A stretch of DNA of 64,000 nucleotides from Clostridia bacterium. Its GTDB lineage: Bacteria > Bacillota > Clostridia > TANB77 > UBA1234. The translations under genes were made by a program, and so were the position numbers. The notes under the pieces are model-generated. The model was not told where the DNA came from. It worked only from the letters and a program-made list of their open reading frames with translations, and ran no database searches. Below are positions 60,481 to 64,000 of this stretch, one piece after another. Each line of letters starts with the position of its first letter. The first letter of the stretch is position 1. The stretch spans positions 174,361 through 238,360 of the forward strand of contig JAFWVJ010000012.1 of the NCBI GenBank assembly GCA_017518295.1, written 5' to 3'.

Positions 60481-60930
60481 ATGAATTATACTGAAAGAAA
60501 TAAATTGTTGGATAAAATCTCAGTTATTGGACTTATGGCTGTTTTTGTTGAATTATTTTTGTATGCTGTTGATTATTGTTATACAAAGAGATTTGATACT
60601 GTTGCTAATATGCCAACGGCTATGAATATATTTGGTCTTATTTTTCTAGCAGTTTCTATAGTATTATTTGTTTTTGCTTTTAAGAAAGATAAAAAGAATT
60701 TTAAGATATATGCAATTGAATTTTTAGTATTAGCACTTTTATGTCCTTTTATTACATATTGGTATTATTGTGCATATTATGGATTATCTACAACATGGAT
60801 TCATTCAGTTAATCATCATGTGCTTTGGATTATTGTGCTTGCTTATTATGTTATTAGAATTATATATTCAATTGTAAACGCTTATTTAAATTCTAATTCA
60901 AGAAAGTTAAAAAAGAAGAAAGCTTTATAA
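60481..60930 (+). CDS. Hypothetical four-TM membrane protein, 149 aa
   Basis: Four hydrophobic segments, basic C-terminus; no family recognised. Confidence 0.45.
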   Translation: MNYTERNKLLDKISVIGLMAVFVELFLYAVDYCYTKRFDTVANMPTAMNIFGLIFLAVSIVLFVFAFKKDKKNFKIYAIEFLVLALLCPFITYWYYCAYYGLSTTWIHSVNHHVLWIIVLAYYVIRIIYSIVNAYLNSNSRKLKKKKAL

Positions 60931-60972
60931 TTATATGTCGATCAATGATTGACGTTACGAGGAAGGTTTAAC

Positions 60973-61854
60973 ATGATTAGGAGTATGACAGGTTTTGGAA
61001 GAAGTATTCTTCCACTTGATGATAGAAGATATACAATAGAGATTAAAACAGTTAATCATAGATATAACGATATTTCTATTAGATTACCTCGTTATTTAAT
61101 TTGTTTAGAAGATCCTCTTAGACAGTTAATAGCAAAGAGTGTTTCAAGAGGAAAGATAGATGTTTTTGTTAATGTAGAGAACTTATCTGAAAATAGCAAA
61201 AATATCAAAGTTGATGAGGCTTTAGCAGGTAGTTATGTTGAAGAAATGAGAAAGCTAATTGATACTTATGGTTTAAAAGATGATATTAGTGCTACATCAC
61301 TTCTAAGACTACCAGATGTTATAGTTGCATCAAATGAGATTGATGAAGAACAATATTGGAATGAATTATCTAATTGTGCAGGAGAAGCACTAGAAAGCTT
61401 AAATAGAGCTAGAGAAAAAGAAGGCAATAACTTAAAGAATGATTTACTTTCTAGATTAAATGAAATTTCAAACAAGATTCCAGAGATTGAAGAAAAATCA
61501 GCTGGATTAGTTGATGAATATAGAAAAAAATTAGAAGCTAGACTTGATGAATTAAATGCACGTGGTATTGTTGATGAGGCAAGAATCGGTGCAGAACTTG
61601 TTTTGTTTGCAGATAAATCTAGCGTATGTGAAGAAATTACAAGACTTAAGAGTCACATAGTTTCATTTACAAATTATTTAAATGCTGAAGATGATGTTCC
61701 TTGTGGTAAGAAGTTAGACTTTTTACTTCAAGAAATGAATAGAGAGATTAATACTATCGGTTCAAAAGCTAATTGTCTTGATATTACAAATGCAGTTGTA
61801 TTTGTTAAGAATGAAATAGAAAATATTAGAGAACAAGTTCAAAATATTGAATAA
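60973..61854 (+). CDS. yicC: YicC/YloC-family stress-induced endoribonuclease
   Basis: MIRSMTGFGRS, EIKTVNHRY, C-terminal LDFLLQEMNREINTIGSKA. Confidence 0.85.
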   Translation: MIRSMTGFGRSILPLDDRRYTIEIKTVNHRYNDISIRLPRYLICLEDPLRQLIAKSVSRGKIDVFVNVENLSENSKNIKVDEALAGSYVEEMRKLIDTYGLKDDISATSLLRLPDVIVASNEIDEEQYWNELSNCAGEALESLNRAREKEGNNLKNDLLSRLNEISNKIPEIEEKSAGLVDEYRKKLEARLDELNARGIVDEARIGAELVLFADKSSVCEEITRLKSHIVSFTNYLNAEDDVPCGKKLDFLLQEMNREINTIGSKANCLDITNAVVFVKNEIENIREQVQNIE

Positions 61855-61861
61855 TGTATCG

Positions 61862-61876
61862 GCGACCACTGGTCGC
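61862..61876 (+). terminator. Short GC hairpin GCGACC-ACT-GGTCGC after yicC
   Basis: Read directly; weak T-tract. Confidence 0.4.
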
Positions 61877-61927
61877 TATAGATTTGATTTGGTTGTAATT
61901 AATATTATATATAAAGGAGATTAAAAA

Positions 61928-62119
61928 ATGATTATTAAACCAAGTATGACCAGTTTACTAAAAAAGGCTCCAAACAAGTATTCTTTAGTTGTTGGAACTG
62001 CAAAAAGAGCTAGACAAATTGCTTTAGGTAGTCCAAAATTAACAGATGAAAAAGTTGAGTCAGAAGTAACTACAGCTGCTATAGAAGTAGACGAAGGAAA
62101 AATTAGTTTTAAAAAATAG
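61928..62119 (+). CDS. rpoZ: DNA-directed RNA polymerase subunit omega
   Basis: PSMTSLLKKAPNKYSLVVGTAKRARQI; 63 aa; position after yicC as in other Bacillota. Confidence 0.8.
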   Translation: MIIKPSMTSLLKKAPNKYSLVVGTAKRARQIALGSPKLTDEKVESEVTTAAIEVDEGKISFKK

Positions 62120-62127
62120 CATTTAAT

Positions 62128-62163
62128 ATGGCTGTCGACTTATTGTTTTGACAGTCATTTTTC
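62128..62163 (+). terminator. Rho-independent terminator (ATGGCTGTC-loop-GACAGTCAT + T-run)
   Basis: Read directly. Confidence 0.7.
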
Positions 62164-62193
62164 TTATGTGCATATTTTAAAAAAGGAGAAAAA

Positions 62194-62757
62194 ATGGATA
62201 AAAAACATATTATATCTATTACAGGTGATTTAGCTTCTGGTAAAACAACAGTTACTAAATATTTGATTAATGAATTAGGCTATTCTATCTATAAAAATGG
62301 TGAAAAATTTAGAGCTATGGCAAAAGAAATGAATATGAGTGTTTCTGAATTTGGTGACTATGTTGCTGCTCATCCTGAGATAGATATTGAACTAGATAAT
62401 TATGCTAGAAAATATGGCGAAGAAAATGATTATTTTATTATTGATGCTAGACTTGGTTTCTATACAGTGCCAAATTCTTTTAAAGTATATCTAAAAGTTG
62501 ATCAAGATGAAGGTGCAAGACGTGCTTTTAATGATCCAGATAGAAAATCAACAGAGAATTTTGCAACAGTTGAAGAATATAAAGAAGATATGATTAAAAG
62601 ATATAATGGCGAAAACGAAAGATATATTAATCTTTATGGTGTTAATAGAGCCGATATGTCTAACTATGATTTAGTAGTTGATACTACAAATATGACAAGA
62701 GAAGAAGTTAAAGATAAGATTTTAGAAGAATATAAAAATTGGATTGGAGAAGTATAA
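62194..62757 (+). CDS. P-loop kinase, cytidylate kinase-like family
   Basis: [15 protein letters not shown] Walker A; 187 aa; IIDARLG; substrate not inferable. Confidence 0.55.
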   Translation: MDKKHIISITGDLASGKTTVTKYLINELGYSIYKNGEKFRAMAKEMNMSVSEFGDYVAAHPEIDIELDNYARKYGEENDYFIIDARLGFYTVPNSFKVYLKVDQDEGARRAFNDPDRKSTENFATVEEYKEDMIKRYNGENERYINLYGVNRADMSNYDLVVDTTNMTREEVKDKILEEYKNWIGEV

Positions 62758-64000
62758 TGGGAATTTTTGGCAAACTATTTGGAGATTATAGTTCACGTGA
62801 AGTTAAAAAAATTCAACATTACGTTGATGATATTAATAAACTAGAACCAGAAATGGAAGCATTATCTGATACTGAATTAAAAGGTAAAACAGATGAATTT
62901 AAATCTCGTTTAGCGAATGGAGAGACTTTAGATGATTTATTAGTTGAAGCATTTGCTGTTGTAAGAGAAGCTTCTAAGAGAGTATTTGGTAAAAGACCTT
63001 TCGATGTACAATTAATTGGTGGTATCATTCTACATCAGGGTAGAATTGCAGAAATGAAAACTGGTGAAGGTAAAACATTAACTGCAACGCTTCCGGTATA
63101 TTTAAATGCTCTTACTGGCCATGGAGTTCATCTTGTTACTGTAAATGACTTCCTTGCAAAAACTCAAGGTGAAGAAATGGGTAAATTATATAATTTCTTA
63201 GGTTTATCTATTGGTGTTATAGTTCACGACTTAACTCCAATGCAAAGAAAAGAAGCTTATGCTGCAGATATTACTTATGGAACTAATAATGAATTTGGAT
63301 TTGATTATCTAAGAGATAATATGGCAGTTGAAAAATCTCAAATAGTTCAAAGAGAATTAAACTATGCTATAGTCGATGAGATAGATAGTATCTTAATTGA
63401 TGAGGCTCGTACACCACTTATTATTTCTGGACAAGCAGATAAAGCTAACGACTTATACAAAAAAGCTGATTCATTTGTAAAATCATTAAGAGCAAAAGTA
63501 ATTGCTAAAACAGATAGTAAAGAAGAAGAAACAGAAGATGACAATCAATATGATTATATAGTAGATGAAAAAGCACGTACTGCAACATTAACTCAAAAAG
63601 GTGTTAAAAAAGCAGAACAAGAATTTCATGTTGATAACTTATCTGATATTGAAAACACAACTTTATACCATCATATAAATGCTGCTTTAAAAGCAAATGG
63701 TACAATGCATGAAGGAATAGATTATATCGTAGAGGATGGACAAGTATTAATCGTAGATGAACATACTGGACGTATAATGTATGGAAGAAGATATAATGAA
63801 GGTCTTCATCAAGCAATAGAAGCAAAAGAAGGCGTTAAGATAGCAAATGAAAGTAAAACACTTGCTACTATTACTTTCCAAAACTATTTTAGAATGTTTA
63901 AAAAGCTTTGTGGTATGACTGGTACTGCTATGACTGAAGAGCAAGAATTTAGAGAAATATACAAACTAGATGTTGTTGCAATTCCAACAAATAAACCTAT
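62757..64000 (+). CDS. secA: Preprotein translocase ATPase SecA, N-terminal part (3' end outside window)
   Basis: Not in the ORF track because it has no stop in the window; ATG overlaps the upstream stop (TAATG); my translation gives [18 protein letters not shown]...[38 protein letters not shown]...[20 protein letters not shown]. Confidence 0.95.
   Translation, partial: MGIFGKLFGDYSSREVKKIQHYVDDINKLEPEMEALSDTELKGKTDEFKSRLANGETLDDLLVEAFAVVREASKRVFGKRPFDVQLIGGIILHQGRIAEMKTGEGKTLTATLPVYLNALTGHGVHLVTVNDFLAKTQGEEMGKLYNFLGLSIGVIVHDLTPMQRKEAYAADITYGTNNEFGFDYLRDNMAVEKSQIVQRELNYAIVDEIDSILIDEARTPLIISGQADKANDLYKKADSFVKSLRAKVIAKTDSKEEETEDDNQYDYIVDEKARTATLTQKGVKKAEQEFHVDNLSDIENTTLYHHINAALKANGTMHEGIDYIVEDGQVLIVDEHTGRIMYGRRYNEGLHQAIEAKEGVKIANESKTLATITFQNYFRMFKKLCGMTGTAMTEEQEFREIYKLDVVAIPTNKP

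Overview
64 kb, AT-rich chromosomal segment of a low-GC Bacillota (Firmicutes) genome. Spot counts give about 30-32% G+C in ordinary genes. The lineage looks Clostridia- or Erysipelotrichia-like, but it cannot be assigned from this window. I count about 52 protein genes. All are on the + strand except one three-gene cell-envelope glycosylation operon (34161-37639). Most of the content is core housekeeping in recognisable order: ruvC, holA, acyl-CoA ligase, uppP, folD, dprA, class A PBP, pfkA, murD, lepA, addB-addA, spoVG, uvrC, argS, helD, tsaD, tig-clpP-clpX, hrcA-grpE-dnaK-dnaJ (with two CIRCE operators), rsmE, yicC, rpoZ and secA (3' end outside the window). I saw no rRNA, tRNA, CRISPR array, transposase, integrase, restriction-modification genes or known defence genes, so this is not an obvious mobile or defence island. 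No finding amounts to a demonstrated new system; all functional interpretations below are hypotheses. The points most worth a second look are listed here. (1) A self-contained cassette downstream of uvrC (33728-34160) is about 46% G+C. It has a consensus promoter, a strong SD, a 93-aa two-TM protein and a bidirectional terminator. A second, milder codon-atypical single-gene cassette lies upstream of uvrC. (2) Two conserved genes (a DUF402 gene and addB) are each broken by a single extra C in the same context, Ser codon-C-GGT-A. Both breaks create a zero-frame CGG codon. (3) Two long imperfect palindromes of 125-155 nt with GC-enriched cores lie in intergenic regions (48906-49060; 58332-58456). 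A three-segment antiterminator/terminator-like structure follows tsaD (48131-48197). (4) Several orphan genes or modules have their own promoters. These are an 898-aa soluble orphan next to helD, a Spo0A-C-domain protein with an atypical receiver behind a G-poor T-tract, and a three-gene membrane/pilin-like module between lepA and addB. Everything here is read by eye from the sequence and the supplied ORF track. No homology searches, folding or statistics were run, and family assignments rest on remembered motifs.
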